Shown: in pieces, positions 15,901 through 27,567 of the stretch
Layout: the number at the start of each line of letters is the position of its first letter
Position numbering within the stretch: the first letter of the stretch is position 1
Assembly (NCBI RefSeq): GCF_009914755.1
Contig: NC_060938.1
Reading direction: 5' to 3' (one strand)
Length of the DNA: 64,000 bases
DNA from: the human T2T-CHM13v2.0 reference genome, Homo sapiens
Notes under the pieces: model-generated
Seen by the model: only the letters and a program-made list of their open reading frames with translations
Databases searched by the model: none
Told to the model about the DNA's origin: nothing
Position numbers and translations under genes: made by a program

Positions 15901-18719
15901 AAGATTAGAAAAATATAAGAAATGTATTTGCTTTATATTTTACAAGGTTCGATGTTGATCCTCAAAGTCAAAATTTAGTACAGGGCCTCTGGTTATTTTT
16001 TGCTTAGCAAAATGAACGGGGTTGGGGGTGGAGGCTAGGGGGAGGGGAGGTCTCCAAACTTTTTTCTTTATAGTCCTCATGGAAATCATTACCAAGATAC
16101 TGGAAATATTTGCAATTTTGATACTGGGAACGTCTCAATTATCCTAAAAACAAAAGCACTCTTCCCCATCCACAAAAGAGGAAACTTTTCTATTTAAGTC
16201 AACTGGGTAATAATAATGGGATTTTTGAAACAGTTCTTATTTTCATTTAGATTTTCCTTTCCCTGGTTAGCCTCTGAGAACACCCTCTCTTATATTTCCC
16301 AAAGTACCAGGCAATCTTCATCCCTCCCTTTCACTCCCCACCCCCACCCCCACCACCCCACACACAAACGCAGCCTTCAAAATGCCACCAGTCTGTAAGT
16401 TCCATTGCTTGAGTTCAACTTTGAACCCTCTTGTAAACACAAACACCTCATTATAACTTCCCCCGATGAATCCTCATCCACAGGTAACATTCTAACCTTT
16501 CTGGCTCTCAAAAGAGTTTTGTTCTAACTGTAGACATACAAGTCAGTTTGATCCCACAATTAAGTGTTCAAATACATTGTTCTTAGCCTTCCCTTGCACA
16601 GCTCAGAGGTAGCAAAATGCAAAGTAAGCCTGGGGGCTCATCCTTAGTTTAAGGCTCTTTCCTCAAATATTTCCAACAAAAATACAGTTATGAAATCTAG
16701 GAGACCACATTTTTGGTTGTTGTTGTAAAATGACCTTGATTTGACAGGCGCGATCTCAGGTTTCAACAGATGCTGTGGGAAAGCTTACAGAAGCCAACAA
16801 GTTCTCCAGGCATCTGTGATGACATGCAGGTTTTGTTTTTGTTTTTGTTTTTGTTTCTTTTTAAGTGGTGGTCATGGTAGAGTATGTATGTGTAGTGGGG
16901 GTGGGGTGGGGTTACTCCTCTCGGTTTCCATAACAACCATGTCTCCACTCATCGGTTATTAGATACAATCCACTTCCTGTGTCTAAATTTTTAAGCCAAT
17001 CAGAAAAGTGTTTATACATTTAACAACTTCTGGGACAGTGCTTCTTTAATGAAATCGCTTTAAAGGCTCAAATGAAGATGTTCATGGGCTTTACAGTTTG
17101 TCTTACAGATATAACATTTCACAGTGTTTACTAATTCATATTCTTATATGGTGCAGAATGCCCTTCCTCTTGGATGTGAAATGCATTCGCCTCAAAGCAG
17201 ATGCCACAATCTCTCAGAATAGTGTGCAGGCTGATTTTGATTGTTTGCTTTTCATTGTCTTTTCCTTTCACTGTCACAGTTTTAGACTTAGTGCATGAAA
17301 CGTGCTAATGCACAAGGCACTTAAATTATCAAAGTAATGATACAGTTAAGCATCCATCTACTGATGGTCCTTTTTTTAAAAGACTCAGATCAAAACCCGG
17401 TTAGGAATCATTATTCTAAGTTGAACAACTTTGCATTCTACAACTTATGAGCAGAAATCATTGAGAATGTATTGTAAAGTGCTGTGTATACGTGTAAGCT
17501 AGTAGCTGACGTCTGCAAAGAAATTTGTCACCAAAATGGCCTACTTTATGTGGATAGAAACAACAACAAAAAATTAAACATAAAGGTATCTCGAGCAAAC
17601 TGCACCCAAATGAAAAACCGACCCTGCAGAAATCTGTGCACAAGAGGGCTATCTGAAACTACAGCACGATTTTAAAAGAAGGTTTTGGGTGACTGTTTTC
17701 ATAAGTCTCAATCTAACTGACCAATCAGTGTGAGAGTTAAAGTGGGCTCCAGTCATTCGTGCAGCCTTCAGAGCTCTGCACCCTCCGAGCTGCTCTCCTC
17801 TCCAAGGCAGAGTCGGCGATCAATGAAAAACAGGGAACAAAAGGAATATAACAGGATGTCTTCCTTAGCTAAGGAAAACGATTCCCTTTTTCCTCAATGA
17901 GCCAGTCGCACCCTGCCTACGACAGCTCCACACGGGAGCTTCCAGCAGACCAGTCCTTTCGGGTGAGGCACATTTTACATTTGCAATCATGTGTCCCAAC
18001 TGCTAGCAAATGTGTCACCTTAAGCACAGCCTGTGACGGAGGGCTCCCCGAGCCCAACCAATTGAAACTAATAAATTAAATAAATTAATAATCCCACAAT
18101 TAAAACCTCCGGAGAAAGATTGCATTTCCCTTCCCCAAATGTCATCCCGGGAGTATAAACAAAGCATGAAAAATAGTCTCTTCAGCCTTCCCAGCCGGCA
18201 ATCATGGTTTTCCCCTCAAAACAATGTTTCTCCAAAAAGAGAAATCTTCTTATTACCCTCAGTGGAAACTCATCTGTAGATGTCATATCAGGATAACCCG
18301 TTACAGTATTTGAAAAGAGGCTGAAACTGCCCATAGATTTGACACTGTTTATAATTGATAGCCAAACAGTTGCGACAGCAATGCTGTAAACTCTGCCCAG
18401 CCAAACAAACTCCACATTTAACACGTTCCTTCCTTGAAAATAAAAGTAACGCCCGGGGAGCCCACAGAAGTGTGCTTCCCTAAAAGTAATTAACAGAATT
18501 GCATCAATTATTTGATTATTTTTATAAATATCCATTTGTCTGCAATTTTTTAAAAAAAATTTTAAAAAGCGACTATCCACACATTCCTAAGAAACTTTTT
18601 TTTTTTTTAATGAACTTACTTTTGAGACAAAACTAATGAAAATAAGCAACTTGCCATGGCTGGATCTTTCCCATTTGGGCTGCAAGCTATAAATCAATCT
18701 GAAACCAGGTGGAAATAGG

Positions 18720-19390
18720 GGGGCGGACACCTTTAAAAAAAATCAAAGAGTGCCCCAAAATGCAGCAGCCTGAACACGGAGGGCTTCTCGTGACAATGCT
18801 AAACCCGAGCAGATTAGGAGGCAGGAAATGAGCCCCATTTTCGTTACCTTCGATCGCCTGCCCCCCCGCTGCTTCTCGCGGCCGCATTGGGGGGCTGCGG
18901 CGACGCTGGACTCGCGGGTGGCCCCGCCGCCGGGTCGCGCCGTCTCCCGGCCGAGCTGCAGCAGATCGCGGCCGGAACCCCGGCTCCTGCGCCCGGCGCC
19001 CGCCCGGGGTCGGCGGCGCGGCTCCCACCCCGGCCTGGAGCCCTGCTGGGTCCTAGTGCGCGCCGCGCGCCCGCCTCGCGGCCCGGTCTGCAGCCCGCAC
19101 CGAGGGCAGGCAGCTCCCAGCGCCGCGAGTCTCCGGGCGAGGCCGCCACCCTCTCGGTCCCTTGCGAAAGCGGCCGCGGGGTGTGCGGATGAACTGGAGC
19201 TTAATGTCAAATCCTGGCACAAGATGTTCAAAAGAAAGACATTGGCTCCAACTGAACTCTTAGAAGGCAGATGCTAGGATCTGCAGCCCGAGGGTAAGCG
19301 TAGGGGCAGTACCTGGCAGACAGAGGTTTGCCGGGTGCACTGGTGACATTGGCCGTTCACAGACGGTGAGACGCGGTACGGGATCGATAA
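18720..19390. promoter_or_regulatory. CpG island promoter, probably bidirectional
   Basis: Very GC- and CpG-dense (GCGGCCGC, CGCGCG runs at 18840-19190), GC box GGGGGCGG at ~18720, strong splice donors pointing outward on both strands, AT-rich repeat-free flanks. Confidence 0.9.
18848..18970 (-). other. FOXN3: Non-coding first exon (distal promoter isoform), probably FOXN3
   Basis: Minus strand CGCGATCTGCTGCAGCTCGG...GCAGGCGATCGAAG|GTAACG gives a strong donor at 18848/18847. Matches my recollection of the FOXN3 variant-1 5'UTR. The TSS is approximate and the identity is not database-verified. Confidence 0.6.
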
Positions 19391-20339
19391 AGATAGATTT
19401 CAAAAATATAACGCTAAAAAGAAAAAAGGTTGAAAATGTGTGTGTTTAAAACAATGTTTTAAACTGTTTTTCCCAATATTTTCCCCCTGTTGACAACAGG
19501 CCCTTTTGCATTTCGCCTTCTTTTACTTTATAATATGCTCTTTTAAATAACAAAGCCCCATATGGCTAAACATGTAGTCATTTGATTTTCAAAAGACCTC
19601 AAAAATTGCATGAAAATATGCACTCATGTATCTCCTAAGAAATCAACGAGAAAGAATTAATGGAGGCATATGGCGTGCCTCATAGAGAGAACTTAATTAC
19701 AAATTAAAACAAATGCGAAAATTCACAAATTCAGTAAACTGAAAGTAAATTATGATCCTAGATGTATACACAAATCAGCTCATGTACAATTAGAAAGACT
19801 GTAAATTCCAGGTTTCTCTTTCACAAAGGGAAAAGGGTGTTTGTTACATGAACTCATATCAGATTCCCCTCGTTTGCCCCCAAAAGGGCTTTCAGCAACC
19901 TCTTGGCACATTCATTTACTGCAGCCCACCTGGAAAGCAACTTTTAATCTTGCAAGTGCTCATTTAAGAGGACAATTCTATTAGCCCTTAATTCAAAATA
20001 AAAGTGCTTTAGTTAGAAAAGCCTGTTTGAAAGGCTTCAAGACTGGGAGCTTTTTTTCAGTCTTTGATATCACCAAGTTTGAAGGTCGCAATTCTGTAAA
20101 ACTGCTAATAACAATGGCACTGTGGTTTACACCATAAGGAAAATCAAATATGTGCTTTCTGATTTCTATTTTTGAAGCAGAAAAAAGTCCCTTTGAAAAG
20201 TATTCTTGCCCTCCCCCTTTCCAATTTTAGCTAAACAAGTGTAATGGAAGATTTTTAGTATTAATTAAACATCAAAGGCACCTTCTCTGATGCCTTATAT
20301 CCACGCCAAGAACTAGTTGTCATATGTTACACTTGTCAA

Positions 20340-20530
20340 TCTTAAATTACTTGCACATACATCTCATGCGATCTTTACCACACCTCTGTGAGAAAGCAGA
20401 TACAATAATCTGCAATTTTCAGATGAGAAATTGGAGGTCCCAAAAGGTAAAGTGACTTGTTCAAAAATCACATGGCTGGTGAGCAGAGCAGCTGGAATCC
20501 CATCCTGTCTCCGCTTTCAACAAGCCCTGT
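20340..20530 (-). mobile_element. MIR
   Basis: TTTTCAGATGAGAAATTGGAGGTCC...AAGTGACTTGTTCAAAATCACATGGCT. Confidence 0.75.
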
Positions 20531-21556
20531 TTTTTGAGTACATCACCTGGCCTCCCAACTATCTCTCTGTAAGTACTGCGGAAAATGAAGCATCCGAAAC
20601 AAAAACGCAGGTAGGTTTTTTTAGTCATCATTTCTTACCTGTCTCAGAGCAGCAATTTACCAGCAAGCAAATATGAGGCTTGTTGGAAATATGTTAGTCT
20701 CTGCTAAAATGAGAAACATGGCTAGGAAGACCCACCCACACTGGTCAGATTTCTGTCCTGGAGCTGCCCAGGGCAACCTGGCCGGCAGAAGACTTCAAAC
20801 TCTGAGGCTGAGCAATGCCTCATCCCCCATATGTCTTTTTGCTCTTTATCAGAAATTAAGAACTGACTCCACTTGACACATGGAGGAGTAGTGTTTTGTC
20901 AAATTGAACCTGGGTTTCTATGAGCAGTCCCGGCACCGAAAGGCCTCAAAAACTCTGTAAATTCATATACAAGGTGGCCTATTAGTGGCATCCAGGGTGT
21001 CTCTGTCCAGACCTGGTGACCCCTGGAACTTTGATAGGTCCCTTCTCAGCCCTCCTGCACCTATGGTAAAGTCACCACCCAGTTCTGTGTGTGGCGGTCC
21101 CCTTCCTCCTCCTCTCTGCCAAAAGGAAATGTAACTTCTCTGATGACGTGTCCTTAAATATCAGCCAGGTGACGGGCTGGGTGACATTTAACTGAAAAAA
21201 AAAAAAAAACAGAAACATTTCATTCTGAAAAGTGATTCATTCCTTTTCTTGTGCTGTTCACAAGGACGGGGCTAGGCACGGTCGTATCATTGGAAAATGC
21301 GTATGACCTTCCTGGAAGGATTAATGCAAAACTTACTTGATAAATTCATTTGATCCCTTTGTTGAAAACTGGTCTAATTACTTCATAGTCACACCATCCA
21401 TGTGCCTGGCAAATGTTGCAAATGCTAGGCTCAAAACAATCTTAGCCCCAGTAGCAAATGATGAGAAGCTGGGAAGAAATGCTGGTGGTGAGCTCAGTTC
21501 ACCTCTAGCTCAAAGTTAGAGCACACCAGAAAGGTACTGGTCAGGAGAAACTGTCG

Positions 21557-21720
21557 TTCATTCATTCATTCATCCATTCGTCCAATTGTGTATGTAGCAA
21601 ATGTCGAGCAAGGTACTGTTCTAGGCTCTGGGTAGAAAAAATAAAGTTTTCAAGCACTCCTATCGTATGGAGCCCACAGACAGGCAAACAATTGCAGTGC
21701 AGTGGTATCAGTGGAGCAGT
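21557..21720 (-). mobile_element. L2 3' end
   Basis: (TTCA)n tail followed by GAGCAAGGTACTGTTCTAGGCTCTGGG. Confidence 0.65.
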
Positions 21721-21736
21721 AAAATCATGACACTGG

Positions 21737-21968
21737 GGATATGAGGGCAATCTGGCTGCGACATCTGTCATCCCATTGATCTCCAGGGTTGATTCAGCTG
21801 ATCTGGCTGGCTAGGCAGGTGTCCCCTTTCTCCTTCACCGCTCCATCTGCGTCCCTCCTGAAGCTGCGCACTCCATCGAAGAGGACGACTGTCCCTGATA
21901 GAGGAGGACTGGTCTTTGGTCAAGGGTGTATGAATAGCTGCGCTCCCCTGCTAGAACCTCCAAACAAG
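21737..21968 (+). pseudogene. 7SK snRNA pseudogene (RN7SKP), 3'-truncated at about nt 232
   Basis: GGATATGAGGGCAATCTGGCTGCGACATCTGTCA...CTAGAACCTCCAAACAAG is colinear with 7SK nt 1-~232, with many CpG-type changes. Confidence 0.96.
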
Positions 21969-22743
21969 TGCTCAGATCACTGGTGCTCTATATTCAAACA
22001 CCAACTGCCCTGATAATGGGCCAGTTGTCTTCTAAGCCATTCCAGGCCTGCCCTTTGCTCTGTATTGCTAGGAGCTGTCTCTGGCAGGCTGAGTTTCACA
22101 GACGCTTGGGTCAGTTAGTTGGTGGCTAGATGTGGCCAATGAGGGTCACTGGAGGAGTGGAGGATGAAAAGAAGATAGAAGCCAGAGAACGTCATCATGT
22201 CTCTCCTGCCTCTGATGGCATCTCTAGCAGTGGCTGCATCTGGCTGAGGCTTCTCTCAGGTGACTGTAGGCCCTGGGCTCAGGTAACACTGCCACTTCCT
22301 GTTAACTGTCCAGCGTGAGGACGTTCTTGGCTCTCTGCTGGGGTTAGTTTCTGGGTGACTTCACTGAGATGCACATGAGAGTGGGGAGAAGAAAGTCCCC
22401 ACTGGAGAGGACATCCTAGGCACTGGGCAAAGGTGTCGGGGGATGAAAATGCGAGGCGGGCCAGTGCACTGCCTGGGGAGCAACGAGGCTAAAGTGAAGG
22501 CTTCGGTTGAGGGGGCGTCTGCAGATCCTGCTGGAGATGCCAGCAGGATCCAGAGTCCACTGGGGTTTGAACTTGATTGTGATTTCTACTTGGGAAACCC
22601 CTTTATCTCCCATTAGCCTTTGCTTAAATGTTCCCTTCCCAATGTCTCTTACTCCTCCTCATCCTGCTTTTTCCCTTCTTCCCTTTCCCCTTTCTAATAC
22701 ATTACTATTTACTTATCATTTTTGTTATTCATTATCTGTTCCA

Positions 22744-22744
<1 letters not shown>

Positions 22745-22795
<51 letters not shown>

Positions 22796-22800
22796 ACACA
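22745..22800. repeat. (CA)n microsatellite
   Basis: Direct reading. Confidence 0.95.
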
Positions 22801-22940
22801 CTGAATAAAGTTCTACAGGGCCAGGAATCTTTGCTCTATTCAATGATAATTTACAAGAACATAAAACAGTGACTGGTACATAGTAGGTGCTCAATAAATT
22901 TTTTTAATGAATGAATAAAGTTAATAAATAAAAAGTTATT

Positions 22941-23752
<812 letters not shown>

Positions 23753-25379
23753 TTGTAAAAGACTGTGTTTTACCAGGATAATTCTAGAAAGTGTATGGAG
23801 GATGATTTCGATCCAAAATGTTGTAGATATCAGAAGGCAGGGTGACTTATTAGGAGGTAATTATTATCCTAGTTCAGATGCAGACCTGAAGGAATTCATC
23901 GTTGGTGGCTTCAGATGACCCTTCAGTGATCCATGGGTGATGTGTGATGTTACACACACCAAAGGCACCACACAGACACAACTCTCGGAGGAATCCATCA
24001 GAAGTGCAATGCCTAGAAAAGAACACAGTGGATAACTACGGGGGGGTCCTGGCTGCCCCTGCAACAGGCTGAGGACAACAGTGTCTTCTGGCCACTTTAA
24101 CTACCCAGTTGCAGTAGACACAAAGCGGGGTGGCAACCTGGCTCCTTTTGGGGGGATTTCTCATTCCACGCCATGGTCCTGGTGTTGAGTGGGAACAGCA
24201 GGATTGAGCCCAGGGTGGGCACTTGACAGCATGCTGGACACTTGACCCCATGCCAGGACAATTAGGGTCCTCTGAAGTTCCCTAACTGAAGCCAGGGGAA
24301 GCGAGGATCCTTCTCTTCACTTGGATTGCCAAGCTTGGGTGCCACCAGTAGCCCCATCCTCGGTTTGCAGGCTCAGAAGATGGATAACTACGCAACTATC
24401 AGCCCAAGCACAACGTTAAAACACGATGAAAGCCCAGTATAAACTTTGGATTATCCAAACAAACTTTTTTCCCCTCTATCATCATAAACAGTTTAGAATA
24501 GGCTGTATATATCGCCACCGTTTATATACACACAGGGATGCACCGAAATCCTCACTGTACTGGGAAGATCCCCGGAACACTCTCCAGCTTTCTAGATATA
24601 GGTGGTATCAGGTTATACTGAAAGAAAGATTTTCCACTTGCTTCTTTGTATGCTTCCAATTGCAATAAAATGCCACCCGTCTTCACCCTATGAAGTCACA
24701 AGCCTTAACATTCCCCATGAAACCGATAGCCTCACCCTTTCACTAACGCAGGCTTAGGAGATGGTGAAATCACACGTGACTTGGATGTCATTACTTTTAC
24801 CCACCATTTTATAAGGGATTTATTGCCTCTTAGCGGTGACAGCACTAAATCAGTCCTATGAATCTATGCTTGTCAAGAGGAATGGACAAAACTCACTTTG
24901 ATTCCTTTGTCTCTCTGATATCTATCACATTTATTCCTTCGTTGACCAAACCCGGGCTTGCTTTGGCAATAATGGCTAATGGGCGGCATCTCATCCCCGG
25001 CTCCTACAGAGCCAGTCATGGAATGGCCCACAGCTTGTGTTTCTCAGACCCCCTTCTCAGTTCTGGCTCAGGCCCTTTAGGAATCATTTATCCTGGGGCC
25101 TGACTACCAAGCAGGGCTGCGAAGAAGGCCTTGAGAGGAAAGCGTGGGGCAGAACGCTGCCAAAAAAACAGCCCAATCTGGCTCTCAGCCAACCAGCTGG
25201 CTGCTGCGGGAAGGCCTCTCCCAGCCTCTCCAGACCCCCCTTTGTCTCCCTCGGCCTCCCTTTCTCAGCTGTCTCGCCTCAGGTAATCATCCACACTCTG
25301 CACTTCCCCAGCTCTTTTTATTCCCGCATTTCAGATCACTTTACACACGTTAATTAAGCCTTAAACCACTCAGGAAAGA

Positions 25380-25560
25380 AAAGCAAAAGGCGCGTGGGGA
25401 TGTTTGCACTGCGCCCCTCCCAGCTGCTCTGGCCCCGGAGCAGGCCAGCCGCGAGCCGCCCCACTCCCAGCCCGGGAGGAAGGAGAGCCGCAGAGGCTGC
25501 TGGAGACCGGGAGGGCTTCTCCTGCGACACGCAGGGTAGGGGTGTCGAGGGTGGAAACTG
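25380..25560. promoter_or_regulatory. Small GC/CpG-rich regulatory element (candidate promoter/enhancer)
   Basis: Cluster of retained CpGs in unique sequence; GC boxes CCGCCCC and GCCCCTCCC. Confidence 0.5.
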
Positions 25561-26330
25561 ACTCCACACATCACAGAACACCCCGTGTCATTGAGAGGCA
25601 CATGTCATTGTTACGGGACAACCTCCCACATATGGTCACCCGCTACAGTTGATCCAGATGACCTTTGGAAGGTGGGTCCTGGGCAAGACTGCTGGTGGAA
25701 AGAGGCGGTCTCTGCATCACACCTGGATTAGGTGCACTTCAGTCTGTGCCATTGTGGTCGTGATCGTGGGTTTTTGAATCAGAGATGTCTTAGTTCACAT
25801 CTGGGCTCTGTTGTCTCCCAGCTCAGCTGTCTTCCACATATTGCCTGATATCCCAGGCCCCACGGTCTTATCTGCAAAGTGCATGTGATAGTATCCACTA
25901 CCCTCCCCCAACCTGGATTTTTGTGGAGGATGAAATTAGATCATGCATGCAAAGTATTGGCACGCCAAGTGGTAGATGTTAGAGCTTGTTTGAGCCATCT
26001 TTATGTTTAGTCCCAGCCAGTCTGAATTAATGTAGTTCTGCTATGGCTGCTTGGACCCTCTAGCTCAAATTGGTGCTAAAGTCTCTCATTCACAAGAAAT
26101 GGTGGGGAACTCCAGATGAAGTCTGTAGTTTAGTTAATCATCTGTATCAGTGGTAATTTTTTAGTTTTGGTAAATGTGTCATGGTTATTTGAGTACTAAC
26201 ATTACAGGAAGTTGGGTGAGTGGTGTGAACTCTTCTGTTTTTGCAACAAATGCTCATCTAATGATAACAATAATCTTATGAAAATACATCAAAATTCGTA
26301 ATGGCTACACAGCGGGTGTCATACTTCACC

Positions 26331-26724
26331 TGATATGGTTAGGTTTTGTGTCCCCACCCAAATCTCATCTTGAATTGTAATCCCCATAATCCCCACAATC
26401 CCCACGTGTGAAGGGAGAGACCTCAAGATTCAAGGTAATTGAATCATGAGGGCAGTTTACCCCATGCTGTTCTCGTCCTAGTGAGTGAGTTCTCACAAGA
26501 TTTGATGGTTTTATAAGGGGTTCTTCCGCTTTTACTCGACACTTCTCCTTCCTGCCACCTTGTAAAAAAAGGTGCCTTGCTTCCTCTTTGCCTTCTGCCA
26601 TGACTGTAAGTTTCCTGTAGGCCTCCCTAACCATGCTGAACTGTGAGTCAGTCAAACCTCTTTCCTTTATAAATTACCCACTTTCAGGCAATTCTTTATA
26701 GCAGTATGAAAATGGACTAATAGA
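26331..26724 (+). mobile_element. THE1D-like solo LTR
   Basis: TGATATGGTT...CCCCACCCAAATCTCATCTTGAATTG...GGACTAATAGA; TSD T(C/T)ACC. Confidence 0.9.
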
Positions 26725-27274
26725 TTACCTATATTTTTAGTGTACTATATTAAGATACCTCCATAGTGACCAAAAACATGCCAAGTCTTCGTTACCAAAA
26801 TAAGAGGCAATTTATGTTATCTCTAGCTGTTATCACCACCAAGAAAAATCCCTTGGGTTTTCAGTGCCTACAAGGTACCGTATTGAACCTTAAAATAGCA
26901 AATGTTACTATCCGGTAAAACCACTACCTATGTGGCAGTCATTTTAAAGTAGGTTTGGATGTAAGATACTTGATAACCTTACCGTATAAGCCCCCAGTGC
27001 TTCCCTTATTTCACAGAAAATGAATGGCTTGCCAGTCAATCAGCTCCAAGCTTTCCCTTTTGGTGGGTGGTGACTAGGAAGAGCAATCTTGTCAAATAAC
27101 ACTGTAGATTATATCCGCTTGCCACTCTGAGTAGTTTTTGAGAGGTTCATCTTAAAATGCTGAGGATATCTTTTCTTTCCCTAACTTAATAAGGAGCAGA
27201 TAATTTAAATCCTTTTATGTTCTCATTTTTTAATACCATGCAAATTGTACTCGCAGGGGGTCAGAAGGAGATCT

Positions 27275-27567
27275 TTCTTCCTTTCTTCCTTTCTTTCTTT
27301 CGACAGGGTCTTGCCCTGTTGCTCTGAGGCTGGAGAACAGTGGCTTGGTCATAGCTCACTGCCACCTCGAATTCCCCAGGCTCAAGCAGTTCTCCTGCCT
27401 AAGCCTCCAGAGTAGCTAGGACTGCTGGTGTGTGCTAATTTTTCTCATTTTTTGTAGACACGGGGTCTTGCTATATTGCACACACTGGTTTCCTGGACTT
27501 AAACAATCCTCCGGCCTCAGCCTCTCAAAGTGCTGAGATTACAAGCATGAACCACCACACCCAGCCC
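27275..27567 (-). mobile_element. AluJ
   Basis: Diverged Alu; TSD AGAAGGAGAT. Confidence 0.9.

Noticed and set aside
18687-19277. Five overlapping 101-162 aa ORFs over the CpG island
   Set aside because: Arg/Pro/Gly/Ala-rich frames expected from stop-poor GC-rich DNA; mostly non-ATG starts; no domain
25560-25680. Possible snoRNA (U13-like) retrocopy
   Set aside because: Only short word matches; no colinear alignment or box C/D arrangement
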